Assembly: GCA_024959975.1 (NCBI GenBank)
Contig: JANXFM010000143.1
Coordinates: 1-35,951 of the forward strand
Source of the DNA: Flavobacteriales bacterium
GTDB taxonomy: Bacteria; Bacteroidota; Bacteroidia; Flavobacteriales; UBA7430
Length of the DNA stretch: 35,951 bases
Reading direction: 5' to 3'
Every line of letters begins with the position of its first letter. Within the stretch, counting starts at the first letter, position 1. A program made the translations under genes and the position numbers. Below are positions 34,767 to 35,951 of this stretch, piece after piece. Under the pieces are notes generated by a model that was given only the letters and a program-made list of their open reading frames with translations, made no database searches and was not told the origin of the DNA.

Positions 34767-35951
34767 CTAGAGGATTAATGCATCTAAAGTCTGCGTAGAA
34801 ACCGAGTGATAATTTCCTCTGGCATTTTTATAAATTCTCTTAGCTTTTTGAGAGTCTTTCAGGTAAAGAGCTTCATAAAGAGGTTTTAAAAACTTCCTTC
34901 TACCGACGGTCATTAAGAAATTTTCTAAGGCTTTATCTGCCGGCTTATACCCTGCCGGAATGGTTCGTTGAAACCATGCGTTGAGCACTTCAGAATTTCC
35001 ACTTGCAGTAAAATTAAAAGCCTCATCCAATTTTTTCAGATCCTTTTGAGTCATATCATTTGGCAAATGTCTTAAGAAATATAACCACTCATGCGAAGAC
35101 CAATTTTCTGATTTAATCTTTGCAAGCGGATAACCCTTTTCAAAAGAATGAATGGCTTTATCTACTAGTTTAAACTTTGTAGATTTCACTTTGGGGCAGT
35201 TGTCAGGAATCCCTCCACCATAGATCCAATCTTCTAAACGGATTTTTTCTTTGGCTTTTGGTTGAGAATTTAACAAATTGTTATTTAAATAAGTAATAAA
35301 TTCTTCCGTATCCATTACTTTAAAAGCATGTTCCGAAAAATACTTTTTCAGGAAGATATCAAATTGTTTTCTACCAACTGTTTCCTCTATTAGGCGCAAT
35401 AAGAAAAACCCTTTTTCGTAGGCAACATCTGTTAATCCATCATCAGGATCTCTACCTGATAAATCTAGTTTAAGATGCGTATCGTTATGTGTATGACCTA
35501 TAGCTTGAACTTCATGTTCCAGATCTTGTTTCCCTAATAAAGAAAGCATATCAGCATATTCTCTACCTGCCAGACGCTCCATAATTCTACGTTCAAAATA
35601 AACCGTAAATCCTTCATTAAGCCAGAAGTCATTCCACGTTTTGTTGGTTACTAAATTACCCGACCAGGAGTGTGCTAATTCATGAGCAATAAGTGAAGTT
35701 AATGAGCGATCACCGGCCAAAATAGTTGGCGTGACAAAAGTCAAACGTGGATTTTCCATCCCTCCAAAAGGAAAGCTTGGTGGAAGTATTAATATATCGT
35801 ATCTGTCCCAGGCATATTTACCATACATCTCTTCAGCAATTGTAAGCATATCATCCGTTTCGGCAAATTCATAGGCAGCTTTTCCAATTATTTCAGGTTC
35901 TGCGTAAATTCCCGTCTGCTCACCTAAAGCTTGAAACATCAGATCTCCCAC
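34767..35951 (-). CDS. M1-family zinc metallopeptidase (aminopeptidase, leukotriene-A4-hydrolase-like C-terminal domain). Partial: the N-terminus lies beyond the window end.
   Basis: GGMENP exopeptidase motif, HELAHSWSGN-x-WLNEGF (HExxH+E) zinc site, and a C-terminal LTA4H-like helical domain (SHEWLYFLRHLP). The ORF is open to the window edge, so the track's apparent GTG start is an artefact. Confidence 0.9.
   Translation of the reverse strand: MGDLMFQALGEQTGIYAEPEIIGKAAYEFAETDDMLTIAEEMYGKYAWDRYDILILPPSFPFGGMENPRLTFVTPTILAGDRSLTSLIAHELAHSWSGNLVTNKTWNDFWLNEGFTVYFERRIMERLAGREYADMLSLLGKQDLEHEVQAIGHTHNDTHLKLDLSGRDPDDGLTDVAYEKGFFLLRLIEETVGRKQFDIFLKKYFSEHAFKVMDTEEFITYLNNNLLNSQPKAKEKIRLEDWIYGGGIPDNCPKVKSTKFKLVDKAIHSFEKGYPLAKIKSENWSSHEWLYFLRHLPNDMTQKDLKKLDEAFNFTASGNSEVLNAWFQRTIPAGYKPADKALENFLMTVGRRKFLKPLYEALYLKDSQKAKRIYKNARGNYHSVSTQTLDALIL

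Noticed and set aside
1-35951. Window-wide search for CRISPR arrays, long direct or inverted repeats, IS/transposase/integrase genes, phage genes, toxin-antitoxin pairs or defence-island hallmarks.
   Set aside because: None were seen. The only repeats are short terminator palindromes and the phased hexamer arrays reported above. Gene content and tight operon packing are those of a conserved housekeeping region, not an accessory island.

Overview
AT-rich chromosomal segment that reads as core genome of a Bacteroidota-type bacterium. The evidence is Flavobacteriia/Cytophagia-like gene order and TAnnTTTG '-7' boxes 19-31 nt upstream of start codons, with no obvious Shine-Dalgarno sites. About 33 protein genes are present, almost all housekeeping. 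In order: a frameshifted korA downstream of nifU-like and apbC; an alkyltransferase-like (ATL) gene plus trmB; an SRPBCC-like gene; an OmpR/PhoB-type response regulator with a PhoR-like kinase; a divergent PiT-fold transporter; a decayed GNAT-like gene; a porin; an ArsR-family regulator; asnS-rpoN; an orphan anti-sigma-like TPR protein; dxs; the lipid cluster yceD-rpmF-plsX-fabH-accB-accC; pepA-pdxA; mqnC-like; ribE; a lone FtsX-type permease; purH-mreB-mreC-mreD-mrdA-rodA; and a partial M1 peptidase. I find no rRNA, tRNA, CRISPR, transposase/integrase, phage or recognisable defence genes, and I do not see a convincing new multi-gene system. The best lead is a phosphate-type regulatory module. 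The porin gene and the PiT-like transporter gene carry the same promoter architecture: four phased TTNACA-like hexamers on an 11-bp period, a 20-nt spacer containing TTTG, then an ATTTG-ending -7 box. This sits next to the PhoB/PhoR-like pair, with a possible 30-codon membrane sORF leading the transporter transcript. Second, two genes (korA, GNAT-like) each carry two inactivating lesions while all neighbours are intact. Everything else is ordinary. All calls come from reading the sequence and remembered family signatures; no database search was run.
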